A DNA stretch of 63,118 nucleotides, the filler included. It is 6 parts of 6 records of this genome, joined end to end, with 100 filler letters (N's around TTAATTAATTAA, not from the genome) between each part and the next. Parts side by side here need not be neighbours in the genome. Positions count along the whole stretch, not along the records: positions 24,907 to 45,889 come from SRR31156797_11550; 5 more parts are not named here. One strand, written 5' to 3'. A model generated the notes under the pieces. The model ran no database searches. It saw only the letters and a list, made by a program, of their open reading frames with translations, and had not been told where the DNA came from. Both the position numbers and the translations under genes were made by a program. Numbering within the stretch: position 1 is the first letter of the stretch; every line of letters begins with the position of its first letter. Of the stretch, positions 31,529 to 44,161 are shown piece after piece.

Positions 31529-32665
31529 ATGTACGCACTAACTAACTGTAAGGTTTACACTGGCAGCGATGTACTGTCTGACCACGCTGTAATCATCAAT
31601 AACGATAAAATTGATGCGATTTTCCTGAAAGACCAACTCCCTGAAAATATTGAAACTATCGACTTAAACGGTGCCAACCTGAGCCCAGGTTTCATCGACT
31701 TACAGTTGAATGGATGTGGTGGTGTGATGTTTAACGACGAAATCACTGCTGAAACTATCCATACAATGCATTTAGCCAATCTAAAATCAGGCTGTACCAG
31801 CTTTTTACCTACATTAATCACCTCGTCAGACGAAGATATGCAGCAGGCAATTAAAGCTGAGCGTGAGTATCAAAGTAAGTATAGCAACCATTCACTTGGC
31901 CTCCATTTGGAAGGCCCTTATTTGAATATCGAGAAGAAAGGCATCCATAGCGTTGACTTTATTCGCAACTCAGATGAAGTGATGATCGATACCATTTGCA
32001 ACAACAGTGATGTGATCGCAAAAGTGACTTTAGCGCCTGAATTAAACAATCCTGAGCACATCGAAAAACTTTCACAAGCTGGCATCGTGGTTTCTATTGG
32101 CCATACCAATGCCACTTACCAACAGGCTCGCCAAGGTTTTGAATCTGGAATTACTTTTGCAACACACCTTTTCAACGCAATGACACCAATGCAAGGTAGA
32201 GAACCAGGTGTGGTTGGTGCAATTTACGATACACAAGATGTTTATGCTGGCATCATCGCAGACGGATTCCATGTTGATTACGCTAACATTCGAATTGCCC
32301 ATAAAATTAAAGGTGAGAAGCTCGTATTAGTGACAGATGCCACAGCTCCTGCAGGTGCTGAGATGGATTACTTTATTTTTGTCGGTAAGAAAGTATATTA
32401 CCGTGATGGCAAGTGTGTTGATGAAAACGGTACACTTGGTGGCTCAGCCCTAACAATGATCGAAGCAGTTCAAAATACGGTTGAGCATGTTGGCATCGCT
32501 TTAGATGAAGCATTACGAATGGCTACGTTGTATCCAGCAAAAGCAATTGGGGTTGACCATAAGTTAGGTCGCGTTAAAAAAGGCATGACAGCCAACCTCA
32601 CTGTTTTCGATCGTGACTTCAATGTTAAAGCGACGGTAGTGAACGGCAAATACGAGCAAAGTTAA
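31529..32665 (+). CDS. nagA: N-acetylglucosamine-6-phosphate deacetylase
   Basis: [40 protein letters not shown]. Confidence 0.97.
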   Translation: MYALTNCKVYTGSDVLSDHAVIINNDKIDAIFLKDQLPENIETIDLNGANLSPGFIDLQLNGCGGVMFNDEITAETIHTMHLANLKSGCTSFLPTLITSSDEDMQQAIKAEREYQSKYSNHSLGLHLEGPYLNIEKKGIHSVDFIRNSDEVMIDTICNNSDVIAKVTLAPELNNPEHIEKLSQAGIVVSIGHTNATYQQARQGFESGITFATHLFNAMTPMQGREPGVVGAIYDTQDVYAGIIADGFHVDYANIRIAHKIKGEKLVLVTDATAPAGAEMDYFIFVGKKVYYRDGKCVDENGTLGGSALTMIEAVQNTVEHVGIALDEALRMATLYPAKAIGVDHKLGRVKKGMTANLTVFDRDFNVKATVVNGKYEQS

Positions 32666-32667
32666 TA

Positions 32668-33882
32668 ATGAATGGCGGACAAATAGGTAACGTAGATCTA
32701 GTTAAGCAGCTTAATAGCGCTGCAGTATATCGATTGATAGACCAGCAAGGGCCTATCTCTCGAATCCAAGTTGCCGATGTGAGTCAACTTGCTCCTGCAA
32801 GTGTCACAAAGATAACCCGCCAACTACTAGAGCGAGGCCTAATTAAAGAGGTCGCTCAACAAGCATCAACCGGTGGGCGAAGAGCAATCTCTTTGACCAC
32901 AGAAGTGGATCCTTTTCATTCTGTTGCGGTTCGATTGGGCCGCGACTATATCCAGCTCAGCTTATTTAACCTAGCCGGCATTGAACTGGCATCCGCTCAT
33001 CATGATTTCGATTACATCAATCAATCTGAACTGGTTGACGGACTGATTGGTTTTATTCGAGATTTCATTTCTGAGCATGAAAGTCTTATTGGACAACTGA
33101 TTGCGATCGGTGTAGCGCTACCTGGCTTAGTCAACCCTGAGCAAGGTATTGTTGAATACATGCCAAATATCCAAGTCAACAATTTCACACTCGGTGACAT
33201 CATCAGAGAAACCTTCGAGGTTGAATGTTTTGTTGGTAATGACGTTAGGGGCATGGCACTTGCCGAGCATTATTTCGGAGCGAGCCAAGACTGCCAGGAT
33301 TCGATTTTAGTCAGCGTGCACCGAGGTACCGGTGCAGGTATTATCGTTAACGGTCAGGTTTTCTTAGGATTCAACCGTAACGTTGGTGAAATCGGCCATA
33401 TTCAAATTGATCCCCTCGGCGAGCAGTGTCAGTGTGGCAATTTTGGGTGCTTAGAAACTGTTGCAGCCAACCCTGCTATTGTTAATCGCGTTAAGAAACT
33501 GATTAAGCAAGGGTATCAATCATCGTTGACTGAGCTGGATTTCATTACCATTAATGATATCTGTCAGCATGCGAACAATGGCGATGAGTTATCCAAACAA
33601 GCGTTAGTCAGAGTGGGTAACCAACTGGGTAAAGCCATTGCTATAACCATTAACTTGTTCAACCCACAAAAAGTGATTATTGCCGGAGCGGTGACTGAAG
33701 CAAAAGAGATTCTCTTTCCTGCGATTCTTCGCAACGTACAGAACCAGTCACTAAAATCATTCCATGAACAGTTGCCTATTGTGCCTTCTTTACTGGATAA
33801 GCAACCAACATTAAGTGCTTTCGCAATGATCAAGCGTGCAATGCTAAATGGTGTCCTGTTACAAAAGTTGCTAGAAAACTAG
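32668..33882 (+). CDS. nagC: ROK-family repressor NagC
   Basis: N-terminal HTH with STGGRRA; GEIGHIQ...CQCGNFGCLE. Confidence 0.96.
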   Translation: MNGGQIGNVDLVKQLNSAAVYRLIDQQGPISRIQVADVSQLAPASVTKITRQLLERGLIKEVAQQASTGGRRAISLTTEVDPFHSVAVRLGRDYIQLSLFNLAGIELASAHHDFDYINQSELVDGLIGFIRDFISEHESLIGQLIAIGVALPGLVNPEQGIVEYMPNIQVNNFTLGDIIRETFEVECFVGNDVRGMALAEHYFGASQDCQDSILVSVHRGTGAGIIVNGQVFLGFNRNVGEIGHIQIDPLGEQCQCGNFGCLETVAANPAIVNRVKKLIKQGYQSSLTELDFITINDICQHANNGDELSKQALVRVGNQLGKAIAITINLFNPQKVIIAGAVTEAKEILFPAILRNVQNQSLKSFHEQLPIVPSLLDKQPTLSAFAMIKRAMLNGVLLQKLLEN

Positions 33883-33924
33883 TCTAACTCAATTGGTTAT
33901 AAGCAATCTGTTGCTTTATACTAC

Positions 33925-33957
33925 AAAGCTGCGCCCATTTAAGGTGCAGCTTTTTTA
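33925..33957 (+). terminator. nagAC terminator
   Basis: AAAGCTGCGCC...GGTGCAGCTTTTTT. Confidence 0.7.
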
Positions 33958-34008
33958 TAGACTGCCGAAGCAAATACAACTCACTAAAATAAAAATTAAC
34001 AGGCTCGA

Positions 34009-35595
34009 ATGGAAATTATTCTAATATCAACCGCGTTCCTCGCGGGTTTTATCGCTTTAAAATGCCACCTTCCACCACTTGTCGGGTTTCTTCTTGCCGG
34101 CTTTGCTCTGCATGCAGTAGGTTTTCAATCCAACGATACGATCACCGTATTAGCGGATCTTGGCGTCACACTACTTCTTTTTACTATTGGTTTGAAGCTG
34201 GATATCAAGACGTTACTGTCCAAAGAGATCTGGGCAGGTTCAACAATACATAACCTCTTGTCGACCCTGGTGTTTAGCCTTGCTTTACTCTACTTCAAAT
34301 ACTTGGGCTTAGATAGCCTTGCCACCGTTCCGCTCTCTAGTATCGTATTACTGGGCTTTGCCCTCTCCTTCTCTAGTACGGTTTTTGCCGTAAAATCGCT
34401 CCAAGAAAAAGGGGAAATGAATGCAACCTATGGCACCATCGCCATTGGTATTCTCGTCATGCAAGATATTTTCGCTGTGGTGTTCCTTACAGCCTCAACA
34501 GGAAAGCTTCCTGAATGGTATGCGATAGCCCTATTTGCACTTCCCCTGTTCCGCCCGCTATTTTTCAAAATTCTCGACTGGGTTGGCCATGGCGAAATGT
34601 TGGTACTTGCCGGAGTGTTTTTCGCGCTTGTAGCCGGTGCTGGCTTATTTGAACTTGTCGGTGTTAAACCTGATCTTGGGGCAATTGTACTTGGCATGAT
34701 GTTAGCCGGGCATAAGAAAGCATCCGAGCTATCTAAGTCGCTGTTTAACATGAAGGAATTGTTTCTAGTCTGCTTCTTCCTAAATATTGGATTATCAGAA
34801 CAACCAACTCTCACCGGTTTCTTGCTCGCTGTGCTGCTGTTACTGTTACTTCCGCTTAAAGGGTTGCTGTATTTCGTGGTTCTTAATAAGTTCCGTTTCA
34901 GAGTACGTACCTCACTTCTGGCAACGCTGTCACTGTTTAACTTTAGTGAGTTTGGATTGATTGTCGGCGGACTGGGTTTCAAGATGGGCTGGTTATCGGG
35001 AGATGTACTGGTCGCTTTAGCGATTTCCGTACCTCTATCCTTTATCGTCACAGCGCCGATCGTACGCAAAGCGCATGAAATTTATCAATACTCTGCTCGC
35101 TGGCTAAAAGAACAAGCTGCCGAAAACCTCAATAAACGAGATAAGCGAATCAACCCCGGCCAAGCGCAGGTCCTGATTCTAGGCATGGGACGTATCGGCG
35201 CAGGAGCTTATGAAGAGTTTCACTCTCGTTATGGTAAAGTTTGCTTAGGCATTGAGCTTAGAGAAGACGCAGCGCAGCGACATGTCGATGAAGGCAGAAA
35301 TGTTATTTCCGGAGATGCGACCGACCCTGATTTTTGGGAGAGAATTCTCGATACCGGCCACGTAAAAATGGTGTTGCTGGCAATGCCTCACCATCAGGCG
35401 AACCAAATAGCGCTGGAGCAGCTACAAAAACGTCACTATCAAGGGCAAATCGCAGCGATTGCTGAGTATCCAGACCAACTGGACAATCTCATAGAAAAAG
35501 GTGCCCATGCCGCATTTAATATTTACCGTGAGGCAGGTTCCGGATTTGCTCGCCATGTTTGTGAACAGTTAAAGCCTGAATTTACTAAACACTAA
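34009..35595 (+). CDS. CPA2 cation:proton antiporter with a TrkA-N domain (KefB/KefC-like)
   Basis: Multiple TM helices, FSSTVFAVK, ILVMQD, FSEFGLI; C-terminal GMGRIG and GDATD. Confidence 0.88.
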   Translation: MEIILISTAFLAGFIALKCHLPPLVGFLLAGFALHAVGFQSNDTITVLADLGVTLLLFTIGLKLDIKTLLSKEIWAGSTIHNLLSTLVFSLALLYFKYLGLDSLATVPLSSIVLLGFALSFSSTVFAVKSLQEKGEMNATYGTIAIGILVMQDIFAVVFLTASTGKLPEWYAIALFALPLFRPLFFKILDWVGHGEMLVLAGVFFALVAGAGLFELVGVKPDLGAIVLGMMLAGHKKASELSKSLFNMKELFLVCFFLNIGLSEQPTLTGFLLAVLLLLLLPLKGLLYFVVLNKFRFRVRTSLLATLSLFNFSEFGLIVGGLGFKMGWLSGDVLVALAISVPLSFIVTAPIVRKAHEIYQYSARWLKEQAAENLNKRDKRINPGQAQVLILGMGRIGAGAYEEFHSRYGKVCLGIELREDAAQRHVDEGRNVISGDATDPDFWERILDTGHVKMVLLAMPHHQANQIALEQLQKRHYQGQIAAIAEYPDQLDNLIEKGAHAAFNIYREAGSGFARHVCEQLKPEFTKH

Positions 35596-35609
35596 GCATA
35601 TAAACCATG

Positions 35610-35636
35610 AAAAAGGAGCACATGTTGCTCCTTTTT
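35610..35636 (+). terminator. Rho-independent terminator
   Basis: AAAAAGGAGCA-catgt-TGCTCCTTTTT. Confidence 0.8.
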
Positions 35637-35819
35637 CGTCAATAAACGTTGCTTTTTCCATCAATTATTAAATTTCATTTACAATTTCCACATTTAAATT
35701 AAATAAAATTCACCATAATAAGGTTTGTTTGAATAATTTACTATTTATGGGTTGTTTTTTTTAACCAAACTGGCAAATTGAACCCATCTAATTAAAAACT
35801 GTTTACTAAAGGAAGTTGT

Positions 35820-37484
35820 ATGTGTTCTGTATTTGGTATCTTGGACATTAAAAGTGATGCTGCCGCACTACGTCCATTGGCATTGGAAATGTCAAAAAAA
35901 CTTCGCCACCGTGGCCCAGATTGGTCTGGTATCTACGCATCTGACCGAGCGATTTTAGCTCATGAGCGCTTAGCAATTGTTGGTCTAAACAGCGGAGCAC
36001 AGCCTCTATACAGCCCTGATAAAAAACTGATCCTTGCAGTAAATGGTGAAATCTATAACCACAAAGAGATCCGCGCTCGTTACGAAGGTAAGTATGAGTT
36101 CCAAACGGATTCTGATTGTGAAGTGATTCTGGCTCTGTACCAAGATAAAGGTGTAGATCTACTTGAAGAACTGAATGGTATCTTTGCATTCGTTCTTTAC
36201 GATGAAGAAAAAGATCAATTCCTGGTTGGCCGCGACCACATCGGTATCATCCCGCTTTACCAAGGCCAAGATGAGCACGGTAACTACTACGTTGCCTCTG
36301 AAATGAAAGCGTTAGTACCTGTATGTAAAACTATCAGTGAGTTCCCTCCTGGTAGCTACTACAGCTCTCAAGATGCAGAACCACAACGTTACTACGTTCG
36401 CGACTGGAACGAGTACGCGGCAGTAAGCGGTAACACAACCAGCAAAGAAGAGCTAACAGAAGCACTAGAAGCGGCAGTAAAACGTCAATTAATGACTGAC
36501 GTTCCATATGGCGTACTACTATCTGGCGGTTTAGATTCCTCTATTACTTCAGCAGTTGCTAAACGTTTTGCAGCGATGCGTATTGAAGATGATGGAAAAT
36601 CTGCTGCATGGTGGCCACAGCTGCACTCTTTCGCTGTTGGTTTAGAAGGTGCTCCAGATCTTAAAGCTGCACGTGAAGTAGCAGAAAAAATTGGTACTGT
36701 TCACCATGAGATGACGTACACAATTCAAGAAGGTCTAGATGCTATTCGTGATGTTATCTACCACATCGAAACGTATGATGTAACGACTATCCGTGCATCA
36801 ACACCAATGTTCTTGATGGGCCGTAAGATCAAAGCAATGGGCATTAAAATGGTTCTGTCTGGCGAAGGTGCTGACGAAATCTTCGGTGGCTACTTGTACT
36901 TCCACAAGGCACCAAACGCACAAGAATTCCACGAGGAAACTGTACGTAAGTTGCTTGCGCTAAACATGTTCGACTGTGCTCGTGCAAACAAATCTCTTGC
37001 AGCATGGGGCGTTGAAGGTCGTGTTCCATTCCTGGATAAAGAGTTTATCGACGTAGCAATGCGCCTAAACCCAGAAGACAAAATGTGTGGTAACGGTAAG
37101 ATGGAGAAACACATTCTTCGTGAATGTTTTGAGCACTACTTACCAGAATCAATCGCATGGCGTCAAAAAGAGCAGTTCTCTGATGGCGTTGGTTACGACT
37201 GGATCGATACGCTTAAAGCAACAGCAGAAGCGAAAGTGACCGATCAACAAATGGAGACAGCACAATTCCGTTTCCCATACAACACGCCAACGACAAAAGA
37301 AGGCTATGTGTATCGCGAAATTTTCGAAGAGCTGTTCCCTCTTGAATCAGCGGCAAAATGTGTTCCTGGCGGACCTTCTGTTGCTTGTTCATCGGCTAAA
37401 GCCATTGAGTGGGATGAATCATTCCAGAACTGTATCGACCCATCAGGTCGTGCCGTAAAAGCAGTACACAACGAAGCTTACTAA
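35820..37484 (+). CDS. asnB: Asparagine synthetase B (glutamine-hydrolysing)
   Basis: N-terminal Cys2, HRGPDWSG, LLSGGLDSS, SGEGADE. Confidence 0.97.
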   Translation: MCSVFGILDIKSDAAALRPLALEMSKKLRHRGPDWSGIYASDRAILAHERLAIVGLNSGAQPLYSPDKKLILAVNGEIYNHKEIRARYEGKYEFQTDSDCEVILALYQDKGVDLLEELNGIFAFVLYDEEKDQFLVGRDHIGIIPLYQGQDEHGNYYVASEMKALVPVCKTISEFPPGSYYSSQDAEPQRYYVRDWNEYAAVSGNTTSKEELTEALEAAVKRQLMTDVPYGVLLSGGLDSSITSAVAKRFAAMRIEDDGKSAAWWPQLHSFAVGLEGAPDLKAAREVAEKIGTVHHEMTYTIQEGLDAIRDVIYHIETYDVTTIRASTPMFLMGRKIKAMGIKMVLSGEGADEIFGGYLYFHKAPNAQEFHEETVRKLLALNMFDCARANKSLAAWGVEGRVPFLDKEFIDVAMRLNPEDKMCGNGKMEKHILRECFEHYLPESIAWRQKEQFSDGVGYDWIDTLKATAEAKVTDQQMETAQFRFPYNTPTTKEGYVYREIFEELFPLESAAKCVPGGPSVACSSAKAIEWDESFQNCIDPSGRAVKAVHNEAY

Positions 37485-37497
37485 GCTTCAAACAGAG

Positions 37498-37522
37498 AAA
37501 AGGCGCCAATGGCGCCTTTTTT
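37498..37522. terminator. Bidirectional terminator between asnB and rfaH
   Basis: AAAAGGCGCCA-a-TGGCGCCTTTTTT between convergent genes. Confidence 0.85.
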
Positions 37523-37524
37523 GT

Positions 37525-38022
37525 TTACTTAAAATCTAAATCTTTGTTATCAATGCTCATAACTACCGGTTGATTAATCAACTTAATCAACATCATAGAG
37601 CGTTTTTCTCCATCCGCTTCCTGATAAATCGCTTCGATTCCAGAGAATTGCCCGCCAGTGACTTTGACAACCTGGCCTTTGTTTGGCGTATTAGAAATGG
37701 ATTGGCTCTTCTCACTACTGTCTAACTGTTTTAGATCATAAATCAGATCACCTTGCAGCTCTTTCGGCTGAGCACCAAAGCGAATAAAATCCGTGACACC
37801 ACGAGTTGACCGAACCGTGGTAAAACTCGGCCCCACTTCAAAATCAAAACGGACAAACATGTAAGAAGGAAATAAAGGTTCACTAACTAACTGACGTTTT
37901 CCTCGTACAATTTTTTCAACTGAGACCTCTGGGTAATAACATTCAACGCCTTGATTCTCCAAGTGAAGTTTGGCTCTATGCTGCTCCCCACGTTTACAAT
38001 ATAACAAATACCAACGTTTCAT
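37525..38022 (-). CDS. rfaH: Transcription antiterminator RfaH
   Basis: MKRWYLLYCK, HLENQG, EPLFPSYMFV, VRSTRGV and a C-terminal KOW domain. Confidence 0.95.
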   Translation of the reverse strand: MKRWYLLYCKRGEQHRAKLHLENQGVECYYPEVSVEKIVRGKRQLVSEPLFPSYMFVRFDFEVGPSFTTVRSTRGVTDFIRFGAQPKELQGDLIYDLKQLDSSEKSQSISNTPNKGQVVKVTGGQFSGIEAIYQEADGEKRSMMLIKLINQPVVMSIDNKDLDFK

Positions 38023-38499
38023 ATTCTTAACCACAATTTTTTTAGCGATCCTATCACTATGCTCGAACATAGTCATGACAATAACTTGAGACAATGGGCC
38101 TTTAGAATAGTTTTACATCAGTTGTCAATCTGTTGATCGCCCCCTACTCCTCTGTTGATGTACAGACAAAGCACACAGCTTGCGCCGCGATTAGAAGCAA
38201 TTTTAACTCGAACAAAATTTAACCTAAAAAGATAAACTGGCTCCAGATAAGTCATAAACTTCGGATAACCGTCCTTTATCTATCTTTAACAAACCAAGCA
38301 ACAACCTGAATACATGTAATAGTGAAAAATAACATTACCCAACAAATAAAGAGCACAATAACTCACCAAAAAACCAACAACACAGAACTAAATGTCAATT
38401 TTTACACATATTAATAAAATTAAATAATTTGAAACATTATTACTAGTAATGTATAAATATCACCCATCAAAAATACAAAGATGACTTTAAGTAGTACTT

Positions 38500-39888
38500 A
38501 TGCAAAACCAACAACAGTTTTTCGGCCATCCCAGAGGCCTATTCTTATTGTTCAGTACTGAGCTTTGGGAGCGTTTTTCTTACTATGCAATGCGCGCCAT
38601 TTTAGTTCTTTATTTAACAGATACGACGATTAACGGTGGCTTAGGCTGGTCAACAAGAGACGCTTTGGATCTTTATGGTACATACACAGGCCTGGTGTAC
38701 ATCACACCTCTTATTGGTGGCTACCTTGCCGATAACTATTTAGGTCAGCGTCGCTCTATCTTGATCGGTGGCGCATTTATGGCTATCGGCCAATTCACCT
38801 TAGCGATGCCTGCTGATGCCATCGGTATTGAGCCAATGCATTCGTTTTATCTTGGCCTAGCATTGCTGATTACTGGTAATGGCCTATTTAAGCCAAACAT
38901 CTCAACGATGGTTGGTGACTTATATAAAGAAGGTGATCACCGCCGTGATGGTGCTTTCACAATCTTTTACATGGGCATCAACTTAGGTGCATTGCTCGCT
39001 GGTATCATTGCGGGTTCTGTGACTAACTCTTTCGGCTGGAAAGCGGGTTTTGTTGCAGCTGGTATTGGTATGCTTATTAGCCTTGTCATGCAGATGACTC
39101 TATCCCAATCTTGGCTGGGTGATATTGGTAAAGTACCAGCAGCAAAACGTGATTTAGAGAAGAAGCAATCTGCAACCAAACAGCCTTTAACTCGTGAAGA
39201 AGCGGATCGCATCAAAGTTATTCTGGTGATGAGTCTATTCACTATCGTTTTCTGGGCGGGTTTCGAGCAAGCCGGCGGCTTAATGAACATCTACACTCAA
39301 GAATACACCAACCGTATGATTGGTAGCTTTGAAGTACCTGCAGCTTGGTTCCAGTCATTAAACCCATTCTTCATTATCACACTCGCACCTCTACTTGCTG
39401 TGCTTTGGGTAAAAATGGGTAAACGTGAGCCGAACTCTCCGGTTAAGTTCGCTCTGGCAATGTTCTTCCTCGCTCTGGGTTTCCTGTGCATGGTCGGTGC
39501 AGTGATGGAACAAGGCGGAGACACCTCAGTCAAAACATCAATGCTTTGGTTAGTGGGGGCTTTCTTCTTCCACACATTAGGTGAGTTATGCCTTTCTCCA
39601 ATCGGCCTATCACTAGTAACAAAACTTGCACCACTGCGCCTCGCATCACTTATGATGGGAGCATGGTTTGGTTGTAATGCTATTGCCAACTATGTGGCTG
39701 GCTATGTGGGTTCTCACGTTGGTGAACTGGGTGCAATGGCTATTTTTACTGGTATTGCAGTTACAGCAACGGTATCTGGTGTTTTCCTACTGCTATTCGC
39801 CAATAAGCTGGTTTATTGGATGCATGGCGCGGAAGGGGTTGTTGAAGCGACTGCAGAAGAAAGCAGCCCTCAAGTTCAAACAGCTTAA
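38500..39888 (+). CDS. POT-family proton-dependent oligopeptide transporter
   Basis: ELWERFSYY (ExxERF) motif, GLFKPNIS, FYMGINLG. Confidence 0.95.
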   Translation: MQNQQQFFGHPRGLFLLFSTELWERFSYYAMRAILVLYLTDTTINGGLGWSTRDALDLYGTYTGLVYITPLIGGYLADNYLGQRRSILIGGAFMAIGQFTLAMPADAIGIEPMHSFYLGLALLITGNGLFKPNISTMVGDLYKEGDHRRDGAFTIFYMGINLGALLAGIIAGSVTNSFGWKAGFVAAGIGMLISLVMQMTLSQSWLGDIGKVPAAKRDLEKKQSATKQPLTREEADRIKVILVMSLFTIVFWAGFEQAGGLMNIYTQEYTNRMIGSFEVPAAWFQSLNPFFIITLAPLLAVLWVKMGKREPNSPVKFALAMFFLALGFLCMVGAVMEQGGDTSVKTSMLWLVGAFFFHTLGELCLSPIGLSLVTKLAPLRLASLMMGAWFGCNAIANYVAGYVGSHVGELGAMAIFTGIAVTATVSGVFLLLFANKLVYWMHGAEGVVEATAEESSPQVQTA

Positions 39889-39903
39889 AGCAAACTTCAT
39901 ACT

Positions 39904-39930
39904 AAAAAGGACCACAAATGTGGTCCTTTT
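39904..39930. terminator. Bidirectional terminator between the POT transporter gene and hemH
   Basis: AAAAAGGACCACA-aa-TGTGGTCCTTTT. Confidence 0.8.
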
Positions 39931-39951
39931 CAATATTTACCAATATCTGGC

Positions 39952-40911
39952 TTAACCTGTAATGAGCGCTTTCATCATCTCGATATGCTCATCATCAGCA
40001 TTTAAACAAGCAATATAATTGAACGCTTCCCCGCCCGCTTCAATGAATATATCTTTATTCTCACCGGCAATTTCTTCCAGTGTCTCTAAACAGTCGACCG
40101 AGAAAGCTGGGCAAACAATATCTAGCTTTTTCACCCCCTCTCCCGGAAGTGATTCCATAGTGACGTCGGTGTAAGGCTGCAGCCACTCTTCTTTACCAAA
40201 CTGAGATTGATAAGTCATTCTGACTTGTGAGTCATCAAGACCAAGCTCTTGAGCTAATAATCGCGTTGTTTCCGCGCAATGAAGCGGATAAATATCGCCA
40301 TTATCAGCGTAACGTTTAGGTATACCATGATATGAGCAAACCAAAAGATCGCCTTGACTATTTTCTTGCCACGATGCTCGAACTTTGTTCGCCAATGCCT
40401 GAATATACAGAGGGTGATTGTAGTAATCACGAACGAAAGTCAGTTCAGGCATGGTTGGAATTTTCTTGATTACTTTTGCTAGGCCATCGAAAACTGCAGC
40501 CGTTGTTGACGACGAATATTGAGGGTATAGCGGTAGCACGATCACCTCTTCCACCCCCTGTTGCAGGAGTTTATCAAGACCGTGACTTAAGCTCGGCTGC
40601 CCATAAGTCATGCCGAGCTCTACGGGTAAATTTAGCAATGACTTCAGCTTATCTCGCTGCTGCTGAGAATAGACCATCAGAGGCGATCCCCCTTCAAGCC
40701 AAATTGATTGATACAGTTTTGCCACTTTCGGCGAACGAGTCGGAAGAATGATGCCGTGCAGTAGCGGACACCAAAGCCATCGGCTCATGTCCACCACACG
40801 CTTGTCGTGAAGAAACTCAGCTAAAAAGCGTTTCACTTCTTTCGCGGTTGGCGCTTGGGGTGTTCCTAGGTTAGCTAATAAGACACCTTGTTTTTTATTT
40901 ATAGTTTGCAT
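39952..40911 (-). CDS. hemH: Ferrochelatase
   Basis: [36 protein letters not shown]. Confidence 0.97.
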   Translation of the reverse strand: MQTINKKQGVLLANLGTPQAPTAKEVKRFLAEFLHDKRVVDMSRWLWCPLLHGIILPTRSPKVAKLYQSIWLEGGSPLMVYSQQQRDKLKSLLNLPVELGMTYGQPSLSHGLDKLLQQGVEEVIVLPLYPQYSSSTTAAVFDGLAKVIKKIPTMPELTFVRDYYNHPLYIQALANKVRASWQENSQGDLLVCSYHGIPKRYADNGDIYPLHCAETTRLLAQELGLDDSQVRMTYQSQFGKEEWLQPYTDVTMESLPGEGVKKLDIVCPAFSVDCLETLEEIAGENKDIFIEAGGEAFNYIACLNADDEHIEMMKALITG

Positions 40912-41024
40912 AGCGTCCTTTTGTATGTTGTTCAGGCTTAAGACTTTAGGTTATAAAAAAAGCGACCTTTCGGCCGCTTAACTATAACAAAATTCTATAA
41001 AATTTTGATAATAGGTATTAGCTA

Positions 41025-41717
<693 letters not shown>

Positions 41718-41978
41718 CTAACCTGAAGTAACGGTAAGTTTCGGTATAACAGACAATATAGTTTGCCGACACAAACTGGCGTGCAAAATACACGCTTCAC
41801 TAATCACTGAGGCATTCTACCACAAAAAAACGCGACTCTAACGAATCTAAGACTAAAGAATGTCATCAGCCACTTTGAAACACTTTAAGATCCACGCTTT
41901 TAGAAGCAATTAATCACTTTTAACGCACGTTCAAACAAAAAGCCCGCAATTGCGAGCTTTTTATCGTCACTATGGGTA

Positions 41979-43883
41979 TTAAACCTTAGTCAGAAGTTTG
42001 TTCATTGCTCCTAAGAATTGAGATGGATCTTCCATTGAACCACGCTCAGCTAACATAGCTTGACCCAGTAAAACTTCAACCCAACGACCAAAAGCTTCTT
42101 CATCAGGTTCGTCAGCCATATGCTTAACCATCGCGTGCTCTGGGTTAATCTCAAAGATGTACTTCACTTCAGGTGCAGCTTGACCCGCCGCTTCCAAAAG
42201 CTTAGCCATTTGCGTGCCCATTTCGAAGTCGTCAGTCACCACAACAGCTGGTGTTGAAGCGAGTTTGAAGGTTGTGCGAACATCTTTTACTCGCTCACCC
42301 AAGTATTCTTTGACACGTTCAACAACAGACTTGAACTCTTCTTCTGTCTCTTTATGCTTCTCTTTTTCAGCTTCATCTTCAAACTTGCTTAAATCTAAGC
42401 CCGCTTTAGTGATGGACTGGAACTGTTTACCATCGAACTCTGTCAGGTAGTTCATTAGCCACTCATCAATACGATCGTACATCAGAATCACTTCGATACC
42501 TTTAGCTTTGAACTGCTCTAAGTGAGGGCTGTTCTTCGCCGCTGCGTAACTATCAGCGGTTAGGTAATAAATCTTATCCTGGCCTTCTTTCATGCGTTCA
42601 ACGTAAGACGCTAAGCTAATCGTCTGCTCTGCAGAATCTTTTTCAGTAGAAGCGTAACGTAGCAGACCTGCAACTTTTTCTTTGTTGCTCATGTCTTCTG
42701 CTGGGCCTTCCTTCATGACTAGGCCAAACTCTTTCCAGAAAGACAGGTACTTATCTTCGTCGTTGTTCGCCATACGCTCAAGCATTGTCAGAACGCGTTT
42801 AGTACAAGCATTACGTAGTGATTGAGTCACTTTATTATCTTGTAGGATTTCACGTGACACGTTTAGCGGTAGATCGTTTGAGTCTATCAAACCACGCACG
42901 AAACGCAGGTATGACGGCATGAACTGTTCGGCGTCATCCATAATAAACACGCGTTGAACGTACAGCTTCAAACCTGATTTGTGGTCACGATTCATCATAT
43001 CCCAAGGGGCTTTTGATGGGATATAAAGCAAGCTAGTGTAATCGTTTTTACCTTCAACTTTATTGTGGCTCCAAACGAGCGGCTCAGCAAAGTCATGGGA
43101 AACGTGCTTGTAGAATTCTTGGTATTCTTCTTCACTAATGTCTGACTTGTTACGAGTCCAAAGTGCTTGAGCTTTATTGATTTGCTCCCACTTCTTCTCA
43201 CCCGTTTCTTTACCTTCGTCATCACGCTCTTCCGTTTGAATAAATACCGGAATACCAATGTGATCAGAGTACTTGGAAATCACATCACGCAAGCGCCACT
43301 CAGACAGGAATTCTTCGCCTTCTTCGCGCAGGTGCAGAATAATATCAGTACCACGAGAACCTTTTTCGATAGATTCAATCGTGTATTCACCCTCACCGCT
43401 TGAGTACCATTGAACGGCCTCATCAGCCGCAAGGCCTGCAGCACGAGTACGAACAGTTACCGCATCAGCGACAATAAATGCAGAATAAAAACCCACACCG
43501 AACTGGCCGATCAGTTGTGAATCTTTTGTCTGTTCATCAGAGAGTTTTGAGAAAAACTCTGCGGTACCAGACTTAGCAATTGTGCCTAAATGCTCGATAA
43601 CATCTTCACGGCTCATACCAATACCGTTATCAGAGATAGTTATCGTTTTCGCGTCAGCATCAAAAGAAAGTTTAACACCCAGCTCTGCATCACCTTGATA
43701 AAGCTCAGGATTTGAAAGTGCTTTGAATCGCAGTTTATCAGAAGCATCTGATGCGTTCGAAATTAGCTCACGTAAGAAGATCTCTTTGTTCGAGTACAAA
43801 GAATGGATCATTAGATGAAGTAGTTGTTTAACTTCTGATTGAAAACCACGTGTTTCTTTATTAGTTGTCGCCGTATCGCTCAT
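41979..43883 (-). CDS. htpG: Hsp90 chaperone HtpG
   Basis: [37 protein letters not shown]. Confidence 0.98.
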   Translation of the reverse strand: MSDTATTNKETRGFQSEVKQLLHLMIHSLYSNKEIFLRELISNASDASDKLRFKALSNPELYQGDAELGVKLSFDADAKTITISDNGIGMSREDVIEHLGTIAKSGTAEFFSKLSDEQTKDSQLIGQFGVGFYSAFIVADAVTVRTRAAGLAADEAVQWYSSGEGEYTIESIEKGSRGTDIILHLREEGEEFLSEWRLRDVISKYSDHIGIPVFIQTEERDDEGKETGEKKWEQINKAQALWTRNKSDISEEEYQEFYKHVSHDFAEPLVWSHNKVEGKNDYTSLLYIPSKAPWDMMNRDHKSGLKLYVQRVFIMDDAEQFMPSYLRFVRGLIDSNDLPLNVSREILQDNKVTQSLRNACTKRVLTMLERMANNDEDKYLSFWKEFGLVMKEGPAEDMSNKEKVAGLLRYASTEKDSAEQTISLASYVERMKEGQDKIYYLTADSYAAAKNSPHLEQFKAKGIEVILMYDRIDEWLMNYLTEFDGKQFQSITKAGLDLSKFEDEAEKEKHKETEEEFKSVVERVKEYLGERVKDVRTTFKLASTPAVVVTDDFEMGTQMAKLLEAAGQAAPEVKYIFEINPEHAMVKHMADEPDEEAFGRWVEVLLGQAMLAERGSMEDPSQFLGAMNKLLTKV

Positions 43884-43955
43884 TTTAGCTCCATAACATG
43901 AGTTAGAGATATCCAACCTAAGTCACAAGTTGGAAGGACTACGAATTTGCTAATA

Positions 43956-43983
43956 ACATGAGGCTTAGGAATGTAAATTCAAG
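43956..43983 (-). promoter_or_regulatory. Sigma-32 (RpoH) promoter of htpG
   Basis: Minus strand CTTGAA-N14-CCTCATGT matches the CTTGAA-N13-17-CCCCATNT consensus with one mismatch. Confidence 0.7.
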
Positions 43984-44161
43984 GTCAACAAATTCAAAAA
44001 ACAGTGTTTTTTTGATTTGTTTTGATTATCCTTGCAAATGTTTCATGTCAAGGAAGATAAATTTCAGCTCTGTCTTAACTCACTCTTAACTTGTCTTGAT
44101 GGAAGATATTAGACGAATTATTAACGAGTTAAGACTCTAAAAAAAGATAAAGAAGACATTG